From Candidatus Eiseniibacteriota bacterium (GTDB lineage: Bacteria; Eisenbacteria; RBG-16-71-46): a stretch of 64,000 bases of DNA. Positions 11,924-21,915 of this stretch are shown here, in pieces. Each line of letters opens with the position of its first letter. Position 1 is the stretch's first letter. The notes under the pieces are model-generated. The model saw only the letters and a program-made list of their open reading frames with translations. It did no database searches and was not told the DNA's origin. The stretch is taken from contig CAVUWA010000010.1 in assembly GCA_963744995.1 (NCBI GenBank), positions 224,001 through 288,000 of the forward strand, written 5' to 3'. Made by a program: the position numbers and the translations under genes.

Positions 11924-13600
11924 TCAGCGCGTCACGCCGACGCGCGCATGCGCCTCGGCGCCGCCCGCCACGAGCCTCACGAAATAGAGCCCCGAAGGGA
12001 GTCCGGCCGTTCCGGGAATCGCCGTTTCACCGGCGCCGGGAGCCACGTGCGCGCGGGCGCCCGCCACGCGCCGCCCGGCGATGTCGAACAGATCGAGACG
12101 GGCCGGACCGCCGGCCCCGGTGGAGCACCGCACGCGCACGCCCGCGCCCGGCTGGAACCGCGCCGACTCGATGCCGAACGAGGCCGTCGCGGGCGGAACA
12201 TCCGTCGTCTCGCCCGCCGGGCCGTAGCGCCGCGCGAACAGTCCGACCCGGTCGTACATCTGCGACCAGAACAGCACCGCACCGCCGTCACCCGTCGCCG
12301 CGAGCCCGATGTCGCCATAGATCTGGATGACGGGGTTCGTGTAGGTCTCGCTCCAGTCGGACCAGCCGGCGGGGGCGGGCCCCTGCACCAGCCGCAGATG
12401 CGCGTAGGCCTCGTACATGCTCCAGGGCCCCGAGGGTTTGAACATGGCGATGTAGAGCCCTCCCTCGCCGTTTCCGACCACCCGACTGCGGAGGTGAGGC
12501 TCCGCGCTGGCCAGGGGAACCGCGATGTCCCCCGCATCGGGATATCGCAGGTAGTTCATCTCCGTGATGCCCTCCGAGTAGTAGAACGGCGTCGACACGA
12601 TGGCGGAACCGGCTTCGCCGAAGCGCACGCGCGGCGCGGCCTCGGCGTCATAGACCTCGACCGGGCCGAGCGTCGAGTGGCCCTCCACGGGCCAGCCTGG
12701 CGCCAGCTCGCCCGTGGGCGTCAGTCGCCTGAGCCGCGGATCGAATTGAGTGGTCTCCTGAACGGGTTCGCAGACCAGGAGGTAGGCGCCACCGTTCCCG
12801 TCCCTGGCGACGTCGACCAGGCGCGCCCCCAGGGCCGGAACGGCGCTCAAATAGAACGCCGGGAACGCCACGCCTTCCCCCGGCCAGCCCGATGCCGGCT
12901 GGCCGTCGGGGCCGAGTCGCAGGATGCAGGCGGCGCTCGGAACCACCTGCTCGTCCTGGCTGAGCCTCAGCCACGAGAGGTACGCGCCGCCCGCGTCATC
13001 GGGCGCGAGCGCGGGCCACGTGTCGGCCGACAGGCCATCGGGGGTTCGAACCACATGGGCGCCGTTCGACCAGCCGCCCGCCCCCGAGTTCTCTGGACCC
13101 AGGTGGATCATCAGCACGTCCGTCGACGAGGTCCACGCCGCGAACACGCCGTGCGCGCCGTCACCGATGAGCGCCGGGAACGCGGCCGGCCCGAGGTTCC
13201 TCCCTTGCGCGGGCCACGCTGCCGGCGTCTGCCCCGCTGCATCGAGCCGCGTCAGGTACAGGCTCTGCGATTCACGCCACGAGAGGTAGAGGCCGCCCAA
13301 CCCGTCTGGAAGCAACGCGAGGTTCGTCCGGTCCGCGGCCACGTCGCGTGCGATCGTTCCGCTCGCGGGCCAGGCGGGGTCGAGATCGCCGCTCGGGAGG
13401 AGGTGCTGCACGCGCAGCATGGAACTCTCCTGCCACGCGACGAAGGTGCCGTGATCGCCGTCGTTGCAGGCTTCGACGAGCGGGATCGGCGCGGCCGTCG
13501 AAATCTGGACGGGGTCGCCGTTCCAGCCGGCGCGGGCGGGCGATCCGGCGCAGCACGCCAGCACAACGGCGGCGAGGGCGAAACCAGAGGGCCGGTGCAT
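11924..13600 (-). CDS. secreted beta-propeller-like repeat protein with C-terminal FlgD-Ig/T9SS-type sorting domain
   Basis: Signal peptide MHRPSGFALAAVVLACC; repeated DGxGGxyxxW and WPxxG units; C-terminus RLDLFDIAGRRVA...LPSGLYFVRL; RBS AGGAGG. Confidence 0.75.
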   Translation of the reverse strand: MHRPSGFALAAVVLACCAGSPARAGWNGDPVQISTAAPIPLVEACNDGDHGTFVAWQESSMLRVQHLLPSGDLDPAWPASGTIARDVAADRTNLALLPDGLGGLYLSWRESQSLYLTRLDAAGQTPAAWPAQGRNLGPAAFPALIGDGAHGVFAAWTSSTDVLMIHLGPENSGAGGWSNGAHVVRTPDGLSADTWPALAPDDAGGAYLSWLRLSQDEQVVPSAACILRLGPDGQPASGWPGEGVAFPAFYLSAVPALGARLVDVARDGNGGAYLLVCEPVQETTQFDPRLRRLTPTGELAPGWPVEGHSTLGPVEVYDAEAAPRVRFGEAGSAIVSTPFYYSEGITEMNYLRYPDAGDIAVPLASAEPHLRSRVVGNGEGGLYIAMFKPSGPWSMYEAYAHLRLVQGPAPAGWSDWSETYTNPVIQIYGDIGLAATGDGGAVLFWSQMYDRVGLFARRYGPAGETTDVPPATASFGIESARFQPGAGVRVRCSTGAGGPARLDLFDIAGRRVAGARAHVAPGAGETAIPGTAGLPSGLYFVRLVAGGAEAHARVGVTR

Positions 13601-13787
13601 GGGACCTCCTCGAAACGGGCGCGCGCCGCAACAGGATCCAGCGCCGATGGCGTACGGGCGCCGCGGGCTCGCGGGCCCTGCCGCGGCAGGGCCCTCCCAT
13701 GATCGCGCCGTGGCGACGTTCGGGAAAGCGGAAAGTCGCCGGCTGGAGTCGCGCAACGAATGGCGCGGGCCGGCCGCTCCGGCCGCC

Positions 13788-14752
13788 CTAGCTCGGGGCC
13801 TGCGCCTCCATCGCCTTGCCGATCAGCCGCCCCGCGGCCTGGTGCGGGGTGAGGTCGCGCGCGGCCAGGCGGCCGATGACGTCCTTCCAGTAGGCCTCGG
13901 GCACCGCGTTCGAGAACTCCCGCCACAGCGCGTCGCGCAGCAGGTCGCGCAGGCGCTGCTCGAGCCGCTGGCGGCGGCGGCGCTCGAGCCCGCCGCCTTC
14001 CGATGAGGAATGCGCGGTGGCGCTCGAAGCCCTCGATCACGTCCGTCCACGCCGTCGCCCTGCGAGGCGATGGTGAGCAGCACGGGCGGATCCCACTCGC
14101 TCTGCTTCTGGCGCAGCTCGAGCGCGGAGCGCACCGCGAACGCGCCGCGCTCGGCGCCCTCGCGGTCGGCCTTGTTGATCACGAACACGTCGGCGATCTC
14201 CATGAGGCCGGCCTTCATCGCCTGCACGCCGTCGCCCGATTCCGGCACCAGCACCACGGCGGTGCTGTCGGCGGTCTGCGCGACCTCGAGCTCGCTCTGG
14301 CCGACGCCGACGGTCTCGATCAGGATGCGCTCGTAGCCGGCCGCGTCGAGCACGTCGCACACCTGCGCGGTGTGGACCGCGAGCCCGCCCAGGCTGCCGC
14401 GCGTCGCCATCGAGCGGATGAACACTCCGGGGTCGCCGGCGAGTTCGCCCATGCGCACGCGGTCGCCGAGCAGCGCGCCGCCCGAGAACGGGCTGGTCGG
14501 GTCCACGGCCACGATTGCGACGGATTCGCCGCGCGTCCGGTAGCCCTGCGCGAGCCGCGTGACCAGGGTGCTCTTCCCGGCGCCGGGCGGGCCGGTGATG
14601 CCGATCCGGAACGCCGTGCCGCTCTTCTCGAAGCACGCGTCGAGGATCGCGACGGCATCGGGCGCGTCGTTCTCGACGTGCGAGATCGCGCGCGCGAGCG
14701 CGACGCGGTCGCCGCGGAACAGGCCTGCTGGAGCGTGCCGGGAGCGGGCCAA
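13788..14752 (-). CDS. meaB: MeaB/ArgK-type GTPase chaperone of B12 mutase (apparent frameshifts near 14044 and 14003)
   Basis: ITGPPGAGKST, AVDPTSPFSGGALLGDRVRM, ETVGVGQSE and NKAD motifs; C-terminus continues in other frames (VIEGFERHRAFL; GGLERRRRQR...LTPHQAA) to TAG at 13788. Confidence 0.88.
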
Positions 14753-14822
14753 GCGGGCGGTGCCTTTCGTGAAAGGACGTCGGAACGCCGCGCCCCGGGC
14801 GGGCGCGGCAGACAGGACGGGC

Positions 14823-14852
14823 AGCCTAAGAGGCTCGCGTGCGGACGGTCAA
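14823..14852 (-). promoter_or_regulatory. sigma70-type promoter TTGACC-N18-TAGGCT upstream of meaB
   Basis: Read directly from the sequence. Confidence 0.55.
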
Positions 14853-14994
14853 GACACGCGCGAGCCTGCACCTGGCTGGTGACGGCCGGCGGCGCCGGTC
14901 ACGCGGGCGCCGACACGGGTCGCCGGCGTTTGGCCGCAGCCCGGTTCCGGGTGCAGAGTGCCCGGGTTCGCTTCCCGGATTCAGGAGGTACGGC

Positions 14995-16065
14995 ATGCCG
15001 GCGTTTGGACCTTCAAGCCCCGCCCGTTCGCGCGTCGCGGTCCTGGCCGCTGCGGCGCTCGCCTTCGTGACCTTCACGGCCGCATGGAGCGCGGACGCTG
15101 ACGATCCGCCCGCGCCGAGCGGGCGCGAGAAGATCCGCACCGAGGCCGAGGCCGTCCGCCCGCTCGCCGAGTCCGCGCTCGGCCGCGCGTTCCTCGACGC
15201 CTGCACCGAGCTGCCGCCGATGAGCCCGCGCAAGGTGTGGTTCAACCGCGAGAAGCGCAGCGCGCTCACGCCCGCCGCCTACGCGGCCCTGCCCGATTCG
15301 GAGAAGGCCGGCTACCAGGAGCTGAACGTCACCGAGGACTGGTACTACCGCCTCTACAGCTCGCCGCTCGCCTACTTGCGCGCGCTCGACTTCGCCGCCG
15401 CCGCCGGGATGAAGCGCGCCGACGGGGCGCGCATCGCCGACTTCGGCTTCGGCAACATGGGACAGGTGCGCGCGCTGGCCTCGATGGGTGCGAGCGTCAC
15501 CGGCATCGAGATCCCCGGCATGCTCGACGCGATGTACCGCATGAGCGATGACCAGGGCCCGATGCCGCGCGCGAACAGCGCCGGCGGGGGCAGGCCCGGG
15601 AACGTACGGCTCGTGTTCGGCCGGTACCCGTCGACCGATGCGATCACGAAAGAGGTCGGCACCGGCTACGACCTGTTCATGTCGAAGAACACGCTCAAGA
15701 AGGGCTACGTGCACCCGGCCCGCGAGACCGATCCGCGCAACCTCGTGCATCTCGGCGTGGACGACTCGACCTACGTGGCACACGTCCACGACGCGTTGAA
15801 GCCCGGCGGCCTGTTCCTGATCTACAACCTGTACGGGCAACAGGCGGCGGCGGACGAGGCTTACAAGCCGTGGGCGACCGGCGAGTGCCCGTTCGACCGC
15901 GGGCTCGTCGAACGGGCCGGCTTCACGATCCTGCGCTGGAACGAAGACGATTCCCAGGCGGCGCGCCGCATGGGCCGTGCGCTCGGCTGGAACGCCAACA
16001 TGGACGACACGACCTTCGTGAAAGAGTTCAACGCGATGGTGACGGTGGCGCGACGCGCGAACTAG
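14995..16065 (+). CDS. hypothetical exported protein with SAM-methyltransferase-like fold
   Basis: RBS AGGAGG; signal peptide ending ...AALAFVTFTAAWSA; IADFGFG, VTGIE, YDLFM and ALKPGGLFLI motifs. Confidence 0.7.
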   Translation: MPAFGPSSPARSRVAVLAAAALAFVTFTAAWSADADDPPAPSGREKIRTEAEAVRPLAESALGRAFLDACTELPPMSPRKVWFNREKRSALTPAAYAALPDSEKAGYQELNVTEDWYYRLYSSPLAYLRALDFAAAAGMKRADGARIADFGFGNMGQVRALASMGASVTGIEIPGMLDAMYRMSDDQGPMPRANSAGGGRPGNVRLVFGRYPSTDAITKEVGTGYDLFMSKNTLKKGYVHPARETDPRNLVHLGVDDSTYVAHVHDALKPGGLFLIYNLYGQQAAADEAYKPWATGECPFDRGLVERAGFTILRWNEDDSQAARRMGRALGWNANMDDTTFVKEFNAMVTVARRAN

Positions 16066-16075
16066 ACCGGATCGA

Positions 16076-16097
16076 AAATCCGTCCCGGGACGGATTT
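16076..16097. repeat. perfect 22-bp palindrome AAATCCGTCCCGGGACGGATTT, solo intergenic copy
   Basis: Lies between convergent genes; identical to the copies at 36190 and 36358. Confidence 0.95.
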
Positions 16098-16174
16098 CGC
16101 GAGCCGCACCGGGGCGCGTTGGAGGATCCGAAGCCGGCCGCGCGAAGCGACCCTTCGAGGCTGCCGGAGCCGCC

Positions 16175-17515
16175 CTACCCCGCCCGCGCGGCGTCCAGGT
16201 TCACGCCGGCGAGCACGCGCCTGGCGATCTGTTCGGCCGCGTGCGGATGCGCGATCGCCGCCGCCGCCTCGCGGGCCCGGGCGTGCGCATCCCGGTCGGC
16301 GAGCCAGCGGCCGACGCACTCGGCCACGTCGCGCACCGAATCCGCGTGCACGGCCGCCCCTGCCGATTCCAGGTACTCGGCGTTGCGCACTTCCTGGCCC
16401 GGCGTCGGCCGGAACACCACCATCGGGGTGCGCTTGGCAAGCGCCTCCGAGCAGGTCAGCCCGCCGGCCTTGCTGACCACGACATCGCATGCTTCGAGCA
16501 GCACGTCGACGTCCTGCGTGAAGCCGAGTGCGATGACGCGCCCGTCGTGCGCCTCGGGCATCGCTTCGATCTGGGCGAGCCGGCGCCGGTTGGTGCCGCA
16601 CACCACGACGATCTGCGGCTGCAGCGCGAGCCGCGCCAGGGTCCCCGCAAGGTCGGCGAGCGGGCCGACGCCGGCGCCGCCGCCCATCACCAGCACCGCC
16701 GGGCGGCGCGGATCGAGACCGAAGCGCGCGCGGGCCGCGTCGCGGCCGACCGATTGCGCGAAGCGCGGGTCGATCGGGATGCCGCTCACCTCGATGTTCT
16801 CCCGCGGCACGCCATGCTTCGCGAGCTGCGCCTGGACCTGCTCGCTCGCGACGAAGTAGCGGTCCACGTGGGGCAGCGCCCAGATCGGATGCGCGGTGAA
16901 GTCGGTGATCACGACGTAGAGGGGAATCTGCAGCCGCCCGCGGCCACGGATCGGCGACAGTGCTTCGGCCGGCAGGAAGTGCGTGCACACGATCGCGTCG
17001 GGGCGCTCGCGCTCGACCACGCGCACCAGACGCCTCAGGTTCACCCGATCGAGCGCGAGCCGCACCGGCGTCGCGCCCTTGTTGACCGGTGCGGATTCCC
17101 ACGAATGATAGAGCGCGCCCCAGAGCCGCGGCGCGCGCGCCGCCATCGCGTTGTACGACGACGCGTAGGCGCCGCGGTAGAAGCGCGACGCGAACACCAG
17201 CGTGTCGGCCTCGCGCACGACCGCGTGCGGGGAACGTTCCGCGATCGCTGCGGCCAGGGCCTGCGCCGCGCGCTTGTGCCCGGCGCCGGCGGTCGCGTGC
17301 AGGATCGCGATGCGCGGGCCGCCGCCGCCCTCGCCGGCCAGCGTCTCCACCGCCACGACGCCACCGCCCGCGGGCGGGAACATGACCTCGCCCGGCGCGG
17401 TCTCGCGCCACCGCGCCCGCCACCAGCGGCGTTGCGCGCGCATGCGCGCGCGCCAGCGCTGGGTGAGCCGCCTGGGGATCCTGAGGCGGCCGAATCGGGG
17501 GGCTTTGACCATCAT
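16175..17515 (-). CDS. GT28 glycosyltransferase (MGDG synthase/UgtP-like)
   Basis: GAGHKRAA, IVCTHF, VITDF, GIPID, KAGGLT and PGQEVRNA motifs; start uncertain because of an Arg-rich N-terminal extension. Confidence 0.85.
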   Translation of the reverse strand: MMVKAPRFGRLRIPRRLTQRWRARMRAQRRWWRARWRETAPGEVMFPPAGGGVVAVETLAGEGGGGPRIAILHATAGAGHKRAAQALAAAIAERSPHAVVREADTLVFASRFYRGAYASSYNAMAARAPRLWGALYHSWESAPVNKGATPVRLALDRVNLRRLVRVVERERPDAIVCTHFLPAEALSPIRGRGRLQIPLYVVITDFTAHPIWALPHVDRYFVASEQVQAQLAKHGVPRENIEVSGIPIDPRFAQSVGRDAARARFGLDPRRPAVLVMGGGAGVGPLADLAGTLARLALQPQIVVVCGTNRRRLAQIEAMPEAHDGRVIALGFTQDVDVLLEACDVVVSKAGGLTCSEALAKRTPMVVFRPTPGQEVRNAEYLESAGAAVHADSVRDVAECVGRWLADRDAHARAREAAAAIAHPHAAEQIARRVLAGVNLDAARAG

Positions 17516-17563
17516 GGGAATCGTGTCGGCCGCGCCTGCCGCGCGACGCTGTGAATGCGTCTC

Positions 17564-17914
17564 CTATTCGGTCACCGCGTTCCGGACATGCTCCATACGC
17601 AGGCCGGTCGCGCCGGGTTCCACCGTTACCACGTCGATCCTCACGCGGGCGCGGCCCTGCTGCTGCAGCGCCCGCGCCGCGCGCAGCAGCCGCTCGCGCT
17701 TCACGCGATCGACCGCGGCGCCCGCGCCGCCGAAATCCAGACGCCCGCGCGCCTTGACCTCGACCACCAGCCACGTCGCACCGTCGCGGGCGAGGAGGTC
17801 GACCTCGACCCCGCCCATGCGCACGTTGCGTTCGCACACCTCGATGCCTTCGTACGCCAGAAACTCCGCCGCCAGCCGCTCGGCGATCCTGCCTCGCTCC
17901 TGAGCCCGGCCCAT
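17564..17914 (-). CDS. YraN-family PD-(D/E)xK endonuclease
   Basis: GRIAE..A..FL, ERN, EVDLLA, VEVKAR and RIDVV motifs; usual position downstream of rnhB. Confidence 0.88.
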   Translation of the reverse strand: MGRAQERGRIAERLAAEFLAYEGIEVCERNVRMGGVEVDLLARDGATWLVVEVKARGRLDFGGAGAAVDRVKRERLLRAARALQQQGRARVRIDVVTVEPGATGLRMEHVRNAVTE

Positions 17915-17993
17915 GCCGAGACCTCGCGGGGGCGGGTGCGGGGGCAGCCGGCAGTCTAGCGGGTGGTGCTCCGGACGGCGAACCCGGTGCCGC

Positions 17994-18623
17994 CTACAGC
18001 GGGAGTTCCTGCACGCACACCGGGCTGAACGAATACCGATGCAGCGGGCACGGGCCGACGCGATCGAGCGCCGCCAGATGCTCCGGGGTTCCGTAGCCCT
18101 TGTGCCTGGCGAAACCGTAGTCGGGCCAGACCCGGTCGAGGCGCGCCATGATGCGGTCGCGCACCACCTTGGCGACGACCGACGCGGCGGCGATGGACAG
18201 CATGGTGGCGTCGCCGTCGATCACCGCTTCCTGCCGTCCGGCGTGGCCCGGAATGAGATCGCGACCGTCCACCAGCACCAGATCGGGCTGCAGGCGCAGG
18301 CCCTGCACGGCCCGCCGCATGGCCTCGAGGCTCGCGCGGCGGATGTTCATGTGGTCGATCGTGCGCGCGCCGACGACCCCCCAGCCGAACGCCCGGGCCT
18401 CCGCGAGGATCCGGGCGTAGAGCGCATCGCGGGTCTTTTCGTCGAGCTTCTTGCTGTCGTCGAGGTCTTCCCAGGCGGCACCGGGTGCGAGCACCACCGC
18501 CGCCGCCACCACCGGGCCCGCCAGCGGACCACGGCCGGCCTCGTCCACGCCGGCCACGATCCGCGCGCCGGCGGCGAATCGCTCTTCGGCTCGCGCGAGC
18601 TTTCGCCACGCCGGTCGGTTCAC
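17994..18623 (-). CDS. rnhB: ribonuclease HII
   Basis: AGVDEAGRGPLAGPVVAAAV, DSKKL, IAAASVVAKV and HKGYGT motifs. Confidence 0.95.
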   Translation of the reverse strand: MNRPAWRKLARAEERFAAGARIVAGVDEAGRGPLAGPVVAAAVVLAPGAAWEDLDDSKKLDEKTRDALYARILAEARAFGWGVVGARTIDHMNIRRASLEAMRRAVQGLRLQPDLVLVDGRDLIPGHAGRQEAVIDGDATMLSIAAASVVAKVVRDRIMARLDRVWPDYGFARHKGYGTPEHLAALDRVGPCPLHRYSFSPVCVQELPL

Positions 18624-18686
18624 GACGTCCTGTCGCTCCTCGGTGCAGCGGGTGAATCCGGCGCGGGGCGCGATGCCCCGCGAGGA

Positions 18687-19019
18687 TCAGCGCAAACGCG
18701 CGCGCTTGCCGGTGCGGTCGCGCAGATAGAACAGCTTCGCGCGACGGACCTTCGTGTGGCGCAGCACCTCGATGCTGGCGAGGCTCGGGCTGTGGATCGG
18801 GAACGTCCGCTCCACGCCGATCCCTTCGCTGATCTTGCGCACGGTGAAGGTCTTCTTGATTCCCGAACCGCGCACGTTGATCACGTCACCGCGGAACTTC
18901 TGCTGCCGCTCCTTGTCGCCTTCGACGACGCGCACCGACACCTCGACGGTGTCGCCGGGCGCGAGGTCCGGCAGGTCGCTCTTGAGCTGGGCGGCTTCCA
19001 CCTTGTCGATCAGGCCCAT
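18687..19019 (-). CDS. rplS: 50S ribosomal protein L19
   Basis: [27 protein letters not shown] and [10 protein letters not shown] motifs; RBS AAGGAG. Confidence 0.97.
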   Translation of the reverse strand: MGLIDKVEAAQLKSDLPDLAPGDTVEVSVRVVEGDKERQQKFRGDVINVRGSGIKKTFTVRKISEGIGVERTFPIHSPSLASIEVLRHTKVRRAKLFYLRDRTGKRARLR

Positions 19020-19078
19020 GACGGGGCTCCTTTCCATATCCAAATGCCCGGAGACCCGGGTCTGTTTCGCGGCGCGGG

Positions 19079-19107
19079 AGTATAGGGGAAGCGGGGGTGG
19101 AACTCAA
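19079..19107 (-). promoter_or_regulatory. sigma70-type promoter TTGAGT-N17-TATACT upstream of rplS
   Basis: Read directly; near-consensus hexamers with 17-bp spacing. Confidence 0.6.
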
Positions 19108-19152
19108 CGGGGGCAGGGCAGGCGCCGGGCCGGGCCGATCCGCGCACGATTT

Positions 19153-19907
19153 TCAGCCCTCCTGCGCGGCTTTCGGCCGTCGCAGCGCCCGCTGCTCCGC
19201 CGGCCGTCAGCTCCGCCCCCTCCAGCAGATCCGGCCGCCGGGCCGCGGTGCGCCGCAGCGCCTGCTCCCTGCGCCACTTCGCGATCGCGGCGTGGTTCCC
19301 GGAGAGCAGCACGTCCGGCGTCTTCCAGCCGCGGTACTCCGCGGGCCGCGTGTAGTACGGCGCGTCCAGCACACCCGAATGGAACGAGTCGCTCTCCACC
19401 GAGTCGAAGTCGCCCACCACGTCCGGCAGCAGGCGCGCCACCGCATCGACCACGCACAGGGCCGCAGGCTCGCCGCCCGAGATCACGAAGTCGCCGATCG
19501 AGAGCTCGCCGTCCACCAGGTGTTCGGCCACCCGCTCGTCCACGGCCTTGTAGCGACCGCACAGCAGCACCAGGTGCTCCAGCGTCTTCGAGCTCGAGCG
19601 CCGTCCGCTGCGTGAAGGTTTCGCCCTGCGGCGAAAGCAGCAGGACGCGCGTCCCCGCCGGGCGCGCCTCCTTCGTCCCCACGTTCAGGGACCGGAGTGC
19701 ACGGTCGATGGGCTCGATCTTCATCACCATCCCGGCGCCGCCGCCGAACGGGCTGTCGTCGGTGGTGCGGTGGGAGTCGCTGGTGAAGTCGCGCAGGTTC
19801 ACCACGTCGACGTCCAGCCGGCCCTTCTCGCGCGCGGCGCGGATCATGCCCTCGGCGAACGCCGCCGGGAACATGTCGGGGAAGATCGTGAGCAGGGTAA
19901 TTCGCAA
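19153..19907 (-). CDS. trmD: tRNA (guanine37-N1) methyltransferase, split by apparent frameshifts near 19590 and 19200
   Basis: Frame A: TTG start, [28 protein letters not shown]. Frame [34 protein letters not shown]. Confidence 0.9.
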
Positions 19908-19975
19908 GTGCGTGTCCTCGGAGCGGTGCGGTCGGTGCAGGCGTGATGGGCGCGCCGCGCCGCCGCGCCGGAATC

Positions 19976-20515
19976 CTAGATTTCTTCGAGTCCCGCCGGT
20001 GGATCCACCGTCACGACCCCGGCGGCGACGTCCACCTCCAGCACGAACGGCTCGGTCGCGGGGATCAGCCACTCGCGCTCGCCGCGCACGACGTAGATCG
20101 GGTGCGCGCCCGAAGGCAGGATTTCGGCGATCCTGCCGAGCGAACGCCCGTCGCGGGTCTTCACCTCGAGCCCCACGAGCTGGAACGCGTAGACCTGCCC
20201 CGGACCCGCGTCGGGCAGCCGGTCGCGTTCCACCCACAGCTCGCCGTTGGTGAGTTCCGCCGCCGCATCACGCGAGGCCGCCTCGCCAAAGCGGATCTGC
20301 AGCTTCGCCATGAACGCTTTCGCAGCGCGGACCGTGAGCGTTCGCGTCTCGCCCTTCGCGCCGCGCCAGGTCACCGTGGCGAGCGCGGTCAGCTCGTCGG
20401 CGCTCAGCGAGCAGCCGTCGAGGAGCAGGTCGCCCTTCAGACCGTGCGGGCGGCCAAGGCGTCCGATCACGGCCTGCGCGTCGGCGTCAGTCGGCGATTT
20501 CGAGTCCGGCGTCAC
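19976..20515 (-). CDS. rimM: 16S rRNA processing protein RimM
   Basis: IGRLGRPHGLKG motif, LVGLEV, LIPA; synteny with trmD. Confidence 0.9.
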   Translation of the reverse strand: MTPDSKSPTDADAQAVIGRLGRPHGLKGDLLLDGCSLSADELTALATVTWRGAKGETRTLTVRAAKAFMAKLQIRFGEAASRDAAAELTNGELWVERDRLPDAGPGQVYAFQLVGLEVKTRDGRSLGRIAEILPSGAHPIYVVRGEREWLIPATEPFVLEVDVAAGVVTVDPPAGLEEI

Positions 20516-20759
20516 GATCGATTCGCGCCGCGGCCGCCGAGAGCGTGAGACGCATCGAGCGCGCCGTGCGGCCCTGCTTGCCGATCACGTGGCCGATGTC
20601 GTCCGGGTGCACGCTGAGCTCGAAGCTCGCGTCACGGCCCGCGCGCAGGATCTCGACTTCGACGTCCTCGGGATGGTCGACGAGGCCCTTCGCCATGAAC
20701 GCCACGAGTTCGCGCAGCTTCTCGTCCTCGGTGTCCGGCTCGGCCGACGCGCGGCTCAG
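20487..20759 (-). CDS. khpA: KH-domain RNA-binding protein (KhpA/YlqC); start uncertain
   Basis: LRELVAFMAKGLVDHPEDV...DIGHVIGKQGRTARSMR; synteny with rimM. Confidence 0.85.
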   Translation of the reverse strand: MSRASAEPDTEDEKLRELVAFMAKGLVDHPEDVEVEILRAGRDASFELSVHPDDIGHVIGKQGRTARSMRLTLSAAAARIDRDAGLEIAD

Positions 20760-21790
20760 GGGCGGGGGTGCGGGTCGTGCGGAAGGCTCGGCTCGGATGA
20801 TAGTCGCAGCCCCGTCCACAGGAAGAGGACCGTCCACAGGCCCGACAACAGGAGCGTCGGCATCGCCCGATTGAGGCTTAGGACCACGAGACCGCTTGCG
20901 CAGAGGGCGGCCCCACTTACCCACATCAGGATCACGGTTGTCTTCTGACATTTCAGGAGTCTCGCTATGCGGTGGTTGCTGTGGTCCTTGCCGCCGACGT
21001 ACACCTTGCGCCCCTCGCGCAGGCGGTTCACGACCACGAAGATCAAATCGAATGCCGGATAGGCGAGGATCAGCAGGGGACCCGCCCAGCTCCAGCCCCG
21101 GGGAATGGCGCCCAGCGCCAGAACGGCGGACGCGCCCAGACTATAGCCCAGAAACAGACTTCCCGCGTCACCCAGGAATACCCGGGCGTCCGGGAAATTG
21201 TAGCGAAGGAATCCCACACAGGCGCCGCTCACCGCAAGCTGCGCGGCCGCAAGGCCCAGCGCGCCGCGCGCCGCCGAGTGCACGCCGAACCCGATCAGCG
21301 CGATCGCCGCGATTCCGGCGACCATCCCGTTCATGTTGTCGAGGAAGTTGACCGCATTCATCAGAGCGATCATGCCCACGACCGTGAGCGCGCCGTCCCA
21401 CGGGAAGCCGAGACCGGCCGCAGGGACGGCGCCCGAGGCGAGCACGATCCCCGCGGCCAGCGCCTGACCGGCGAGTTTCACCACCGGGTTCATGCCGAAG
21501 CGGTCGTCCCAGAGGCCGAGCCCGAGCGCCAGCATCGCACCGGTGATCAGGTAGGTCGCCTCGGAGTCGGGCGGCCGCCCGAGGTAGACGTGCGCCGAGA
21601 GCCAGATGGCGAGCGCCGCCGCGAAGACGCAGGCGCCGCCCAGAAGCGCCGTGGCGGAGGTGTGGAGCTTGCGGGCTTCGGGATGGTCCAGGTAGCCCGT
21701 CACCCAGGCGAGCCGGATGCCCAGCGGGGTGATGAGCAGCGCGAGCCCGGCGGCGGCCACGAACGTGATCGCGAGAACGGCCAGATCCAT
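20756..21790 (-). CDS. MraY/WecA-family polyprenyl-phosphate HexNAc-1-phosphate transferase
   Basis: DHPEARKLH, GLWDD, NAVNFLDNMNG, YNFP.A.VFLGDAGS and KDHSNHR motifs; multiple TM segments. Confidence 0.88.
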   Translation of the reverse strand: MDLAVLAITFVAAAGLALLITPLGIRLAWVTGYLDHPEARKLHTSATALLGGACVFAAALAIWLSAHVYLGRPPDSEATYLITGAMLALGLGLWDDRFGMNPVVKLAGQALAAGIVLASGAVPAAGLGFPWDGALTVVGMIALMNAVNFLDNMNGMVAGIAAIALIGFGVHSAARGALGLAAAQLAVSGACVGFLRYNFPDARVFLGDAGSLFLGYSLGASAVLALGAIPRGWSWAGPLLILAYPAFDLIFVVVNRLREGRKVYVGGKDHSNHRIARLLKCQKTTVILMWVSGAALCASGLVVLSLNRAMPTLLLSGLWTVLFLWTGLRLSSEPSLPHDPHPRP

Positions 21791-21915
21791 CCGCTCAGGC
21801 CATCACGGGAAGCCCGGGTTGCGCACGCGCGCCCCGCCAGGCGTGTCGCCCGTGCGGGCCGCTCGGTCGAAGGGTCCCCGTCGCGTCCCCGGCTGTGCTG
21901 GCCTTCAATCGCGCC

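Noticed and set aside
19052..19063. AGACCCGGGTCT dyad (and AACCCGGGTT near 22770) as further copies of the HNH palindrome
   Set aside because: They share only the CCCGGG core, which is expected by chance at this GC content.
19153..19907. Programmed autoregulatory frameshift in trmD
   Set aside because: No CCC-N proline slippery site at the shift, and similar indels occur in unrelated genes, so sequencing error is more parsimonious.
20760..20951. Long N-terminal extension of KhpA overlapping wecA
   Set aside because: It overlaps genuine TM helices of the WecA-like protein and has no RBS; likely an ORF-caller extension.
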